This document shows positions 9,877 to 21,178 of a stretch of DNA of 64,000 nucleotides, piece after piece. A program made the position numbers and the translations under genes. Each line of letters opens with the position of its first letter. Positions within the stretch are counted from its first letter, which is position 1. Source of the stretch: Flavobacteriales bacterium (GTDB taxonomy: Bacteria; Bacteroidota; Bacteroidia; Flavobacteriales_C; CBFIFL01); NCBI GenBank assembly GCA_965661855.1, contig CBFIFL010000001.1, positions 20,182 to 84,181 of the forward strand, given 5' to 3'. The notes beneath the pieces are model-generated. The model was not told the origin of the DNA. It saw nothing but the letters and a program-made list of their open reading frames with translations, and searched no databases.

Positions 9877-10248
9877 ATGAACAAATCAATCATCCAAAAT
9901 GAATTCACCTATAAAGCAGTCAGAAGTTCTGGCCCTGGTGGATAACACGTAAACCGTGTTTCGTCGAAGGTTGTTTTGTCTTTTAATGTAGTTGATTCAG
10001 AAGGTTTAAGGGAAGAGGAAAAAGAATTGTTGCTGGTCAAGTTAGCTTCTCGGTTGACTTAAGATAATGTATTGATACTTTCTTGTGATGAAACGAGAAG
10101 CCAATTCAAGAATAAGTTGAAGGTGATTGAACGCTGTTTTCAAATTTTAAAGCAGGGATTGTATAAAGAAAAAAAGCGTAAACCTACCAAACCAAGTAAG
10201 AGCTCTATAAGGCGCTTTAAAGAGAATAAAAAAAACTGTTTTCTATAA
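9877..10248 (+). pseudogene. arfB: Degraded arfB (peptidyl-tRNA hydrolase, ribosome-rescue factor ArfB/YaeJ) with two in-frame TAA stops
   Basis: A single frame from ATG 9877 reads MNKSIIQNEFTYKAVRSSGPGG*HVNRVSSKVVLSFNVVDSEGLREEEKELLLVKLASRLT*DNVLILSCDETRSQFKNKLKVIERCFQILKQGLYKEKKRKPTKPSKSSIRRFKENKK... It is co-linear with ArfB (GGQ peptidyl-tRNA hydrolase domain followed by a basic C-terminal tail, RKPTKP). TAA at 9943-9945 replaces the Gln codon of GGQ. A second TAA lies at 10060-10062. Confidence 0.7.
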
Positions 10249-10599
10249 ACCAACCGATCCAAGTAAACAGTAAACCAATGAGAATAGCCAGAGCTACACA
10301 AATAACTTTTTACATATCAATTGCTATGGGCAATAACAAAAACAAGCCTAAACTTAATAAAGTACTATAAACAGCTTCTCAAATTAGTAAGAAATCCAGA
10401 ACTTATACCTACAACTAAAGGCATAAAGAAGAAAAGTTATACAAACGTGATTTGGTCTTCTTTTCCAGTGTATAGATAAATAAATCGGTGGGCAGTTTCG
10501 GCCGGGATTCAGAACAATACACTGTCCCGGGTTAAATATATTCCATTTATTTTTGTCCAACACAAAAATGTCAGGCATCTATAAATCTGAATAAATGGA

Positions 10600-12187
<1,588 letters not shown>

Positions 12188-12192
12188 CGTTT

Positions 12193-13989
12193 TTAGAGAA
12201 TTCCAGCACCATCTTCGCTGCTAGATATCAAGCTTCTCAAGTTATTAAATAACTGTCTTCCATGTGTTGGATTAACATAAATCACTTTTCGAGGTTTTCG
12301 TTTATTCAAATCTTTTTCAAGGCATTCAATTCTTCCATTGGTTGCATCTAATAATAATTTGTCCCCCGTTTTTATTTTTCCAATTAAACCGTTTTGGGCA
12401 GCCTCCGGACTAACATGGATTGCTGCAGGAACTTTTCCTGAAGCTCCAGACATTCTTCCATCAGTGATTAGACCAACTTTAAATCCTTTTCGCTGTAAAA
12501 TAGTAAGTGAAGGAGTGAGTTTGTGTAATTCAGGCATTCCTTTTTGCTTCGGACCCTGAAATGGAAGAACTGCAATGAAATCTTTTTCTAATTCACCAGC
12601 TTTGAATGCTTGTATCAAGTCTTCTTGGTGATCAAATACAATGGCATCAGCTTCAATTTTATGATGAGTAGCTTCTACTGCTGAAGTTTTTATAACTGCA
12701 GTTCCAATATTTCCCTTTAACACTTTTAATCCTCCTGTTTTATTAAAAGGATTATTAGCACTTCTAAGTATTTTGTCGTTTAAAGAAGCTTCAGGACCAT
12801 TTTGATAATTAATTTTTCCGTTCTCTTGTTTCGGCTCTTTAGTAAACTTTCTCAAACCTTTACCAAGAATTGTATTCACATCTTCATGTAAGAATCCTTG
12901 GTCTATCATTGTTTTAATAACAAAAGACATGCCTCCCGATGCATGAAAATGATTAACGTCAGCTGCTCCATTTGGGTATATCCTGCAAATCAATGGAACC
13001 ACTTCGGATAAATCTGAAAAGTCATCCCATGTTATTTTGATTCCAGCTGCTTTTGCAATAGCAATTAAATGAAGGGTATGATTTGTTGAGCCTCCTGTTG
13101 CCAGAAGGCCGATAATTCCGTTCACTATGCTTTTTTCATTAACAATAGCTCCAATAGTTCTAGAGAAATCTCTTGATTTAATATTCTCAAGAAGAACTCT
13201 TAAAGCCTCTCTATTAAGAGCTTTTCTCATTGACGTCCCTGGGTTTACAAAACTTGATCCTGGAAGTTGAAGTCCCATAATTTCCATTAGCATTTGATTG
13301 CTATTTGCAGTTCCGTAGAATGTGCAAGTGCCGGGTGAGTGGTAAGAATCTGATTCTCCTTTTAGAAGCTGTTCTCTTCCAATTTTACCTTCAGCGAACT
13401 TTTGTCTAATACTTGCTTTTTCTTCGTTTGGAATTCCACTTGGCATCGGGCCACCTGGAAGGAATAGTGAGTGATAATGACCGAATGCAAGGTTTCCAAT
13501 TAATAATCCAGGAACAATTTTATCACAGATTCCCAAATTAACCACGCCATCATACATGTCATGAGAAAGACCGATTGCTGCGGATAGAGCAATAACATCC
13601 CTGCTCAGCAACGAAAGGTCCATTCCTGGTTGTCCTTGAGTTACTCCATCGCACATAGCTGGTGTTGCGCCTGCCACCTGAATTGTTGCATTCATTTCTG
13701 CGGCGTATGACCTTAATTCATTTGGGTATTGCTCATAAGGTTTGTGAGCTGAAAGCATGTCGTTGTAAGCTGAAATAATTCCTAAATTTGGTTTGATTCC
13801 CTCTGCAATCATTGATTTTTCATCAGCTGCACATCCAGCAAATCCATGTGCAAGATTACCGCAACTCAATCCTCGTCTTCCCGTTGAGTGATTAAAGTTA
13901 TGTTCTGTGTCTTTAAGGTACTTCTCCCTTGTCTTTATACTTCGTTCGACAATCCGAGTAGTAATTTCTTCTATTTTTTTATCTATCAT
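12193..13989 (-). CDS. edd: 6-phosphogluconate dehydratase (IlvD/EDD family)
   Basis: Co-linear with Edd across the whole 598 aa (ACGNLAHGFA, CDGVTQG, CDKIVPGL, TFYGTANSNQ, ATGGSTNHT, TDGRMSGASGKVPAAIHVSPEA). Positioned between pgl and eda. Confidence 0.85.
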   Translation of the reverse strand: MIDKKIEEITTRIVERSIKTREKYLKDTEHNFNHSTGRRGLSCGNLAHGFAGCAADEKSMIAEGIKPNLGIISAYNDMLSAHKPYEQYPNELRSYAAEMNATIQVAGATPAMCDGVTQGQPGMDLSLLSRDVIALSAAIGLSHDMYDGVVNLGICDKIVPGLLIGNLAFGHYHSLFLPGGPMPSGIPNEEKASIRQKFAEGKIGREQLLKGESDSYHSPGTCTFYGTANSNQMLMEIMGLQLPGSSFVNPGTSMRKALNREALRVLLENIKSRDFSRTIGAIVNEKSIVNGIIGLLATGGSTNHTLHLIAIAKAAGIKITWDDFSDLSEVVPLICRIYPNGAADVNHFHASGGMSFVIKTMIDQGFLHEDVNTILGKGLRKFTKEPKQENGKINYQNGPEASLNDKILRSANNPFNKTGGLKVLKGNIGTAVIKTSAVEATHHKIEADAIVFDHQEDLIQAFKAGELEKDFIAVLPFQGPKQKGMPELHKLTPSLTILQRKGFKVGLITDGRMSGASGKVPAAIHVSPEAAQNGLIGKIKTGDKLLLDATNGRIECLEKDLNKRKPRKVIYVNPTHGRQLFNNLRSLISSSEDGAGIL

Positions 13990-14657
13990 GCCTTTGAATA
14001 AAATATATTAATATCGCTTCTTCTTTTCATGACCTCATGAATCGGAAGCTTTTTAGTTTTATCGTTTAGAACCTGCCACTTGTCCATGCCCGAAATGAAA
14101 AGAATAATCGTTTGGGCAGAGCATATCAAGTCCATACCGCAGGTAATTCGATCTTGTGGGTGGTCTGGTGCGTTAGTATTGAAAATTGTTTTCTCTGATG
14201 ATTCATAAGCTGTTTTAGATCCTTCATCATCTGGGAATATAGATGCTGTGTGCCCATCTTTTCCCATGCCAAGTATAACTAAATCGGTGCGTTCGATAAA
14301 CGGGGTGTACTTTTCTCTTACGATTTGTAGGTTCTTGTATTTATCACTTTTATCAAATACCATTCCTGTTATGTTGTTTTTCTTCACCTTTTCATGCGTA
14401 AAGCAGTCTCGAATCAATCGCTCATTACTGAATTCACTCAGAGTATTAACATATCGCTCATCAACCAGTCCAAAATTTATGGAATCGATGAATTCACAAT
14501 TTTTATTCAATAACTTATATATTGGTCCAGGTGTGCTACCTCCCGACAGCAAAACCCTCACAGAATTATGCTTGGCGAGTGACTTTTCCATGGACATTAT
14601 TATGGAATTAACACCATTACTGATTAGATCCTCTTTATGATTGAAAGATTTTGTCAT
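13986..14657 (-). CDS. pgl: 6-phosphogluconolactonase
   Basis: Glucosamine-6-P isomerase/6PGL fold motifs (LLSGGSTP, GMGKDGHTASIFP). 4-nt overlaps with zwf and edd indicate an operon. Confidence 0.8.
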   Translation of the reverse strand: MTKSFNHKEDLISNGVNSIIMSMEKSLAKHNSVRVLLSGGSTPGPIYKLLNKNCEFIDSINFGLVDERYVNTLSEFSNERLIRDCFTHEKVKKNNITGMVFDKSDKYKNLQIVREKYTPFIERTDLVILGMGKDGHTASIFPDDEGSKTAYESSEKTIFNTNAPDHPQDRITCGMDLICSAQTIILFISGMDKWQVLNDKTKKLPIHEVMKRRSDINIFYSKA

Positions 14658-16108
14658 AATTCATTTGTATTCCATTTTACGTTTTCTTCCAATATTTGAT
14701 TACCAGGGCCCCATGAACCGGATTCATATAAGGTAAGAGGAACTTCTTCTTTCCAGTTCTTGGTAATTGACTCTATCCAGTGCCATGCAGCCTCAAGCTC
14801 GTCATGACGCATGAATAAAGTTTGATTCCCTCGAATAACATCCATAATTAGTCGTTCGTATGCATCTGGCATTCGGTTTTTGAATGAGTCAACAAAATCT
14901 AGTTTCAACGAAATAGGCTTAAATCTGTAGCCTCCCGGCCCTGGAACTTTACTTAACTGAACCAATTCAATTCGTTCTTCAGGTTGTAATCGTATAATTA
15001 ACTTATTTCGCAGTGGATATTTCGATTCTGGGAATATATTATGAGGAAGCTCCTTGAAATTGATGATAATATCCGAGTATCTTTTCTTCATCCGTTTTCC
15101 GGTACGCAGATATATAGGAGTGTTTTTCCAACGCCAGTTGTCGATGTTTGTTTTGATTGCAACAAAGGTTTCTGTTTCAGAATCGTAAGCGTCAATATCT
15201 TCTAAGTAAGAATTAAGTTTTTTATTGTCAACTGAACCTCTTGTGTATTGACCACGAACAACATCCTTATTTATTGTTTCTTTTGTGAAAGGACGCAAAG
15301 ACTGAAGTACTTTTAATTTTTCGTTTCTAACCGCATCAGGATTTAAATTTGAAGGAGGCTCCATGGCAATCAGACAGAGTAATTGAAGTAGATGGTTCTG
15401 CACCATATCTAACAATGCTCCGGTATGATTGTAATATCCTGCGCGTTTTTCAACTCCTAAGCTTTCTGCTACGGTAATTTGAATACTTTCAATATTGTCT
15501 GCATTCCAGGCTCTTTCAAAAAGATGATTGGCAAAGCGCAGCACCATTAGGTTCTGAACAGTTTCTTTTCCTAGGTAGTGATCAATTCTGAATATTTGAT
15601 GTTCATCAAAAGCGGTGGATATAATTTTATTTATTTCCTGACTAGATTTCAAGCTATTACCAAGTGGCTTTTCCAATACTACCTTACTTTCCTTTGTGAT
15701 CAAATCCGTTGCTTTCAATGCTTGACATATCTCTGAAAATGCACTTGAGGGAACAGAAAAGTAAAAAATTCGTTGTCTTTCAGGAGTCTTATCTAAATGC
15801 TTTTTAAGAGTTTGATAATGTTTTTGTTCGTTTTTTGCTATATGAACCAGTCTCAAGTTTTTAAAGAATTCATGTGTGTCATCATTTTCGGTTAATGAGA
15901 TGAATTCACTAACTTCTTTGATAAAATCATTTTTATCTAATTTTTCTCTGCACAAACATAGAATTTCAAACATCAAGTTAAGTTGACCTTCCTTAAATCT
16001 ATGAAAAAGAGCTGGGATTATCTTACGTTTAGACAAGTCTCCATTACCTCCGAATATCAAGATGTTGAAGGGTTTGAAGTCTGTTGAATTAACTCGATAT
16101 GATTTCAT
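14654..16108 (-). CDS. zwf: Glucose-6-phosphate 1-dehydrogenase
   Basis: Signature RIDHYLGKE, NAD(P)-binding N-terminus, 484 aa. Confidence 0.9.
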   Translation of the reverse strand: MKSYRVNSTDFKPFNILIFGGNGDLSKRKIIPALFHRFKEGQLNLMFEILCLCREKLDKNDFIKEVSEFISLTENDDTHEFFKNLRLVHIAKNEQKHYQTLKKHLDKTPERQRIFYFSVPSSAFSEICQALKATDLITKESKVVLEKPLGNSLKSSQEINKIISTAFDEHQIFRIDHYLGKETVQNLMVLRFANHLFERAWNADNIESIQITVAESLGVEKRAGYYNHTGALLDMVQNHLLQLLCLIAMEPPSNLNPDAVRNEKLKVLQSLRPFTKETINKDVVRGQYTRGSVDNKKLNSYLEDIDAYDSETETFVAIKTNIDNWRWKNTPIYLRTGKRMKKRYSDIIINFKELPHNIFPESKYPLRNKLIIRLQPEERIELVQLSKVPGPGGYRFKPISLKLDFVDSFKNRMPDAYERLIMDVIRGNQTLFMRHDELEAAWHWIESITKNWKEEVPLTLYESGSWGPGNQILEENVKWNTNEL

Positions 16109-16140
16109 AATTTAATGTTTGTCTCTTTAAATATAATACC

Positions 16141-16161
16141 TTTTTGTAAAAAGTACAATAA
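16141..16161. promoter_or_regulatory. 21-bp palindrome TTTTTGT-N7-ACAATAA in the divergent zwf / sugar-kinase intergenic region (candidate operator, site 1 of 4)
   Basis: Sequence tttttgtaaaaagtacaataa. Same 7-7-7 architecture as the sites at 20198, 29373 and 29560. Lies 54 bp upstream of the 16215 start. Confidence 0.5.
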
Positions 16162-16214
16162 CAAATATTTTTTTTATATATTTGATAGAGATAATGTAAA
16201 ACTTTAGTCACAGC

Positions 16215-17102
16215 ATGTTTGTAGTAGTTGAAAGTGGGTCGACAAAAGCGGATTGGATGGTAATTACCAATGGTGAAGAAAAAGCATACAGCACCAAAGG
16301 TTTTAATCCATACTTCCATTCAAAACAAGACATTTTGATCGAATTGAATGATCATCTTGAATTAGATCTTATTAAAGGAGAGGTAAAAGAATTGTATTTC
16401 TATGGTGCAGGATGTTCTAGTTCGGAATTGAATAAAATTATTGAAAACGGTTTGAAAGCCTTTTTTATCAACGCGAAAATAACAGTAAGCCACGACTTGA
16501 GTGCATGCGCATACGCCTGTTATAATGGTGTTTCGGAGATAGCATGTATTCTTGGAACGGGTTCCAATTCTTGTTTTTATGACGGTAACGAAGTTCATGA
16601 GGAACTCCCTGCATTGGGTCATATATTGGGAGATGAGGGGAGTGGAAGCTATTTTGGAAAAAGACTTTTAGCTGATTTTCTTTATGGTAAACTGCCGGCA
16701 CCTTTGCATCAAGAGCTAATCGGTAAAGGTTTAAATAGTGCGAGGATTATTGAAAATGTTTATCGAAAATCTAATGCTAATGTCTACATAGCATCTTTTA
16801 TGCCTGCGCTAGTAAGACACAAAGAGTTAGAATATTCTCAGAGTTTAATTAAAAAAGGCTTTAAAAAATTTATTGATACACATGTAAAGTGTTACAGTAA
16901 TTATAAGCAATGTGAAGTCAATTTTGTTGGATCTTTAGCGGATTTGCTTCAAGAAGAATTGATAGCGGTTTGTGAGGAATCTAATATAACGGTTGGACGA
17001 ATTATACGTAGACCACTGGATAATCTGGTTAGTTATCACAAAAACAAACAAGGAATGGCTCAAAAATCATTGAGTGCGAAGGATATAGATCAGTTGAATT
17101 GA
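16215..17102 (+). CDS. BadF/BadG/BcrA/BcrD-type ATPase family sugar kinase (N-acetylglucosamine kinase-like; candidate glucokinase)
   Basis: ASKHA-fold N-terminus MFVVVESGSTKADW and GTGSNSC motif. Length 295 aa. Confidence 0.65.
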   Translation: MFVVVESGSTKADWMVITNGEEKAYSTKGFNPYFHSKQDILIELNDHLELDLIKGEVKELYFYGAGCSSSELNKIIENGLKAFFINAKITVSHDLSACAYACYNGVSEIACILGTGSNSCFYDGNEVHEELPALGHILGDEGSGSYFGKRLLADFLYGKLPAPLHQELIGKGLNSARIIENVYRKSNANVYIASFMPALVRHKELEYSQSLIKKGFKKFIDTHVKCYSNYKQCEVNFVGSLADLLQEELIAVCEESNITVGRIIRRPLDNLVSYHKNKQGMAQKSLSAKDIDQLN

Positions 17103-17158
17103 TAAGCGTCTAGATACTCTGTTGTATCAACTACTATTTTAGTTATTAATTTTAAATT

Positions 17159-19447
17159 ATGGGAACAAGATTAATTCTTTTCACGATTAACTTTCTTTTC
17201 GGTTTTTTTGTTGTTTCGCAAAGTAAACCATCAATCTCATCACCTGAAATTGAAGCGGAAGTAAAGTCTATTCTGTCAGCTATGTCACTGGAGGAAAAAG
17301 TAGGTCAAACATGCCAAATAACTCTGGATGTTCTTTTGGAAATAGATGCTGAAGGAAAGATTGTTGAACCCATTCGTGTGGACAAGAAAAAGATTTATGA
17401 GGCTTTAGTGGAATACAAGGTGGGTTCAATATTGAATGTTGGTTGGCATACCTTGAGCATTGAAGAGTGGGATCATGTTATGGAGAATGTTCATTCGCCT
17501 TTCAAACAGGAAAAAGTAAAAACACCAATTATTTACGGGATTGATGCTATTCACGGTGTTAATTATACGATTAATGGAACATTATTCCCTCAAGAAATTG
17601 GCTTAGCAGCTACTTGGAACCCTGATTTAGCTAAGGAGTTTGGAAACGTTACAGCCTATGAAACTAGGGCTTCAGGAATACCTTGGAACTTTTCACCAGT
17701 TCTTGATTTAGGTCGTCAACCGCTTTGGTCAAGAACATTTGAAACACTTGGTGAGGACCCTTATTTGGCTTCTGAAATGGGTAAGGCAATAATTCTCGGA
17801 TATCAAGGAACTAGTGGCCCAGATTCAGTTCATGTAGCAGCATGCTTGAAACATTTTGTTGGATATAGTAATCCATTGAGTGGAAGAGACAGAACTCCAG
17901 CATGGATTCCTGAAAAGTACATGAGAGAATTATACATGCCGCCTTTTAAGGAGGCAATTGAGCAAGGAGCGCTTACAGTTATGGTTAATAGTGGAGTTGT
18001 AAATGGTGTTCCTGGACATGCAAATTATCACTTTTTGACAGAGGTTTTAAAGGAAGAATGGGGATTTGATGGGTTTGCCGTTTCTGACTGGGAAGATTTT
18101 CTAATGCTTAATACTGTGCACAGGACAGCAGAGTCTAAGAAGGCCGGTATTGTCCAGGCAATAAATGCGGGAATGGACATGAGTATGGTGCCTAATGCTC
18201 CGCAGTATATTGAGTATTGTGATTTAATGAAAGACGCTATCAACGAAGGGAGTATTTCGATGCAACGTTTAGATGATGCAGTGAGTCGTATTTTACGTGT
18301 TAAACTTATTCTTGGCCTATACGAAAAGAGGATGAATCAGTCCGGAGAATATCCAGATTTTGCATCAAAAGAGCATAAGGAATTGGCTTTGCAATCTGCT
18401 TTAGAGTCCATTACGCTTTTGAAAAACAATGGAGTTCTCCCTCTTAAGAAAGATCAGAAAGTACTCATTAGCGGTCCTACATCAAATAATTTGACATTCC
18501 TAAATGGAGCATGGACACATACTTGGCAAGGAGATAATCCAGATTTTAATACTTCTGGTAGACCAACAGTTCTGGAGGAATTTGAGCGTATTTTGGGTAA
18601 AGAGAATGTTCTTTTTAGTCAGGGAGTAGAACTTTTTGTAGAAGATCAGTATGAGACTGCAAGGTTATTGGATACTACTGATTTCAAAATAAAAGCTCAG
18701 CTTTCTGAGGTTATTGTTCTGTGTCTGGGTGAATATCCAGCTACAGAAAAACCAGGGGATATCCGTTCTTTGAATATATCTCCTGAACAAATCAAACTAG
18801 CTGAAATGGCTTATGCCACTGGAAAACCGGTTGTCATTATTTTAATTGAAGGACGTCCTCGAATTATTCGTGATATTGTAGATGAAAGTTCGGCTATTGT
18901 TCAGGCTTATCTTCCCGGAGATTTTGGTGCTGATGCATTAGGGCAGTTGCTTTTTGGAGAAGTGAATTTTTCGGGAAGGCTTCCTTATTCATATCCTAAA
19001 TATGATGGACAAATAGAATTTTATGACCATCCTAGAAGTGTAGATAGGCACAAAAATGGTTTTAACGCCTATCAACCTGAGTGGGATTTTGGCTATGGAA
19101 TCAGTTACGCTTCATATGAATATACAAACCTAACGCTCAGTAGAAAAAATATGACAAAAGAAGACTCAATTGTTGTAACTGTAGACGTTCACAATACAGG
19201 GAATGTCGATGGGAAAGAGGTTGTTCAGTTATATATATCTGACCATTTTGCATCGCTAATACCAGCTGGTAAATCGCTTAAAGGATTTTCAAAAATTGAA
19301 CTAAAAGCAGGAGAGACAAAGAAAGTCCGTTTTGTTGTTTATGAAGAAGATTTAGTATTTTATAAGGAAAACGAGGGCTGGATTTCCGAAAAAGGTGATT
19401 TTAGTGTCATGGTGGATAATTTAGAACAAACATTTCAACTTAAATAG
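17159..19447 (+). CDS. Glycoside hydrolase family 3 beta-glucosidase (BglX-like), secreted
   Basis: Signal peptide. GH3 N- and C-domain motifs (KHFVGY, catalytic GFAVSDW) and a C-terminal fibronectin-like domain. Length 762 aa. Confidence 0.9.
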   Translation: MGTRLILFTINFLFGFFVVSQSKPSISSPEIEAEVKSILSAMSLEEKVGQTCQITLDVLLEIDAEGKIVEPIRVDKKKIYEALVEYKVGSILNVGWHTLSIEEWDHVMENVHSPFKQEKVKTPIIYGIDAIHGVNYTINGTLFPQEIGLAATWNPDLAKEFGNVTAYETRASGIPWNFSPVLDLGRQPLWSRTFETLGEDPYLASEMGKAIILGYQGTSGPDSVHVAACLKHFVGYSNPLSGRDRTPAWIPEKYMRELYMPPFKEAIEQGALTVMVNSGVVNGVPGHANYHFLTEVLKEEWGFDGFAVSDWEDFLMLNTVHRTAESKKAGIVQAINAGMDMSMVPNAPQYIEYCDLMKDAINEGSISMQRLDDAVSRILRVKLILGLYEKRMNQSGEYPDFASKEHKELALQSALESITLLKNNGVLPLKKDQKVLISGPTSNNLTFLNGAWTHTWQGDNPDFNTSGRPTVLEEFERILGKENVLFSQGVELFVEDQYETARLLDTTDFKIKAQLSEVIVLCLGEYPATEKPGDIRSLNISPEQIKLAEMAYATGKPVVIILIEGRPRIIRDIVDESSAIVQAYLPGDFGADALGQLLFGEVNFSGRLPYSYPKYDGQIEFYDHPRSVDRHKNGFNAYQPEWDFGYGISYASYEYTNLTLSRKNMTKEDSIVVTVDVHNTGNVDGKEVVQLYISDHFASLIPAGKSLKGFSKIELKAGETKKVRFVVYEEDLVFYKENEGWISEKGDFSVMVDNLEQTFQLK

Positions 19448-19448
19448 T

Positions 19449-20147
19449 ATGTCTTATAAGATTAAGTTTGATAATTTTTTCTCTTACTCATTCTCTTTAG
19501 ATTGTGTCATTTTTGGTTTTAAAGAAGGAAAGTTACATGCATTGTTGATTAAAAGAGCAATGGAGCCATACATGGGCGAGTGGGCAATTCCTGGAAATCT
19601 TGTTTATCCCGATGAAGATTTACCTGATGCGGCGAATAGAATTCTCACAGAGTTGACAAAAGTTAAAAATGTAGTTCTTCATCAAGGTCAAACATTTGGT
19701 AAACCAAATAGACATCCTCAAGGTCGCGTAATTACTAATGCTTACTTTGCTTTAGTTAGGATTGACGAAATAAATGCTTTTGCCGCTTCATGGGCAGAGG
19801 AAGTAAAATGGGTTCCGGTTAAAGAGTTACCGAGTTTAGCATTCGATCATAAAAAGATATTAGACTCTACATTTGAATTATTAAAGCAAAAACTGAAACA
19901 TGAACCTATTTGTTTCGATCTTTTACCAAAGAAGTTTCCACTGGTTGAAATGCAAAATCTTTATGAATATGCTTTCGACTCTGCATTAGATAAAGCTAAT
20001 TTTAGAAAAAAAATTAAGTCAATACCATTAATTAATCTGGAAGAAAAACAGCAGAATGTTAAACATCGTCCTGCAAATCTATTCAAATTCGATATTCAAC
20101 GTTTTTCAGAGATGGTAAAAGAGGAAAACTATCTTTTCAGAATGTAA
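19449..20147 (+). CDS. Nudix hydrolase-fold transcriptional regulator (NrtR-like; candidate sugar-utilisation regulator)
   Basis: N-terminal Nudix fold (GEWAIPGNLVYPDEDLPDAANRILTELT) followed by a C-terminal domain of about 90 aa, the expected size for the winged-helix domain of NrtR-type regulators. Starts 2 bp after the GH3 gene. Confidence 0.5.
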   Translation: MSYKIKFDNFFSYSFSLDCVIFGFKEGKLHALLIKRAMEPYMGEWAIPGNLVYPDEDLPDAANRILTELTKVKNVVLHQGQTFGKPNRHPQGRVITNAYFALVRIDEINAFAASWAEEVKWVPVKELPSLAFDHKKILDSTFELLKQKLKHEPICFDLLPKKFPLVEMQNLYEYAFDSALDKANFRKKIKSIPLINLEEKQQNVKHRPANLFKFDIQRFSEMVKEENYLFRM

Positions 20148-20197
20148 ATTCAAAATATTTTTAGTTTTTAACTAAAAAAAACCTGTAAAAATTTGAC

Positions 20198-20218
20198 TTA
20201 TTGTATTATTAACAATAA
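20198..20218. promoter_or_regulatory. 21-bp perfect palindrome TTATTGT-N7-ACAATAA (candidate operator, site 2 of 4)
   Basis: Sequence ttattgtattattaacaataa, 22 bp upstream of the ATG at 20240. Confidence 0.55.
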
Positions 20219-20239
20219 CTTATTGTAAAATTAAAATTA

Positions 20240-21109
20240 TTGATTATGAAAAAATTATACTCTTTGATAGGAGCATCTTTTATTGTTGCTTCTTCATTTT
20301 CTCAAAACGATGTTATGGTCAGTGCTACCGATAACTGGGTTGCTTATGTGAATGTATTTGATTTACCGGCTAATGGTGGAGGCTATTTGTGGGGAAGTTC
20401 TTGGGAAGTTTCTGAAGTGAAAACTACCCTGGATCTTACTGAGAATACGGTAACTTTACAACCTAACTTCGGGTTGTATGCGGCAGATCCCACTGATGCT
20501 TATTGGGTTGACCAATCAACAATGGATGGTAACAAGTTTCTTGAAGCTTCAACTTTTGTTGAGCCAGGACCTTCTTTTAATGGCAATGATTTAACATTCC
20601 ATGGTGATATTTTATCGAATACTTTAGATCTGACTCAGTATGAGGCGCTATTTTTTATTAAAGCTTTGGATTCATTAAATGGATACCAAGATGCTTTTGG
20701 GGGATCGCAAATATATACTATGCCTTCAAGTGGATCGTTTACTGTTAGTGTCGCTGCAGCAGATATTCCTTCAGGGTTAATTGTTCAGTATGGATTTTCA
20801 GTGAGAGGAATTAATGCGGATCCTATGGATGAGAATTCATTGGGGAGTGTTGTGCTGGGAATGGATCTTACAGGTGTAAATGAATCAACAGAAGTTCAAG
20901 TCGGATTATATCCAAACCCTGCGTCAAATAATCTAAATATTTCAACGGCGGATGATGTAAATAGTATTAATATAACGAATTACGCAGGACAAACGGTTTA
21001 TTCGGGTTCAGATCGTTCAATTGATATATCTGATTTAAAGAACGGTGTATATTTTGCTCAAATTTCAACAGATAAAGGTGTGGTTACAAAGCAGTTTGTT
21101 AAAAACTAG
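20240..21109 (+). CDS. Secreted protein with T9SS type-A C-terminal sorting domain. Possible glycan-binding protein.
   Basis: Signal peptide. C-terminal roughly 80 aa match the Por/T9SS sorting-domain pattern (LYPNPASNNLNIS...NGVYFAQISTDKGVVTKQFVKN). Confidence 0.6.
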   Translation: MIMKKLYSLIGASFIVASSFSQNDVMVSATDNWVAYVNVFDLPANGGGYLWGSSWEVSEVKTTLDLTENTVTLQPNFGLYAADPTDAYWVDQSTMDGNKFLEASTFVEPGPSFNGNDLTFHGDILSNTLDLTQYEALFFIKALDSLNGYQDAFGGSQIYTMPSSGSFTVSVAAADIPSGLIVQYGFSVRGINADPMDENSLGSVVLGMDLTGVNESTEVQVGLYPNPASNNLNISTADDVNSINITNYAGQTVYSGSDRSIDISDLKNGVYFAQISTDKGVVTKQFVKN

Positions 21110-21144
21110 AAAAGTAAAAATTCAGTCAGTTTTACAGTAAAGTA

Positions 21145-21172
21145 GAGGGGAGGTTTTGCTCCCCTTTTTATT
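21145..21172 (+). terminator. Rho-independent terminator after the 20240..21109 gene
   Basis: GAGGGGAGgttttgCTCCCC followed by TTTTTATT. Confidence 0.6.
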
Positions 21173-21178
21173 GAAATC

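Noticed and set aside
10499-10531. Short hairpin CCGGGA-N17-TCCCGG downstream of gap
   Set aside because: Short 6-bp stem with a long loop and no T-run, so weak as a terminator. Left unannotated.
10384-10578. 64-aa ORF in the arfB-gap intergenic region
   Set aside because: No start context or conservation features. Composition is atypical. It more likely falls in the promoter/terminator region between the arfB remnant and gap.
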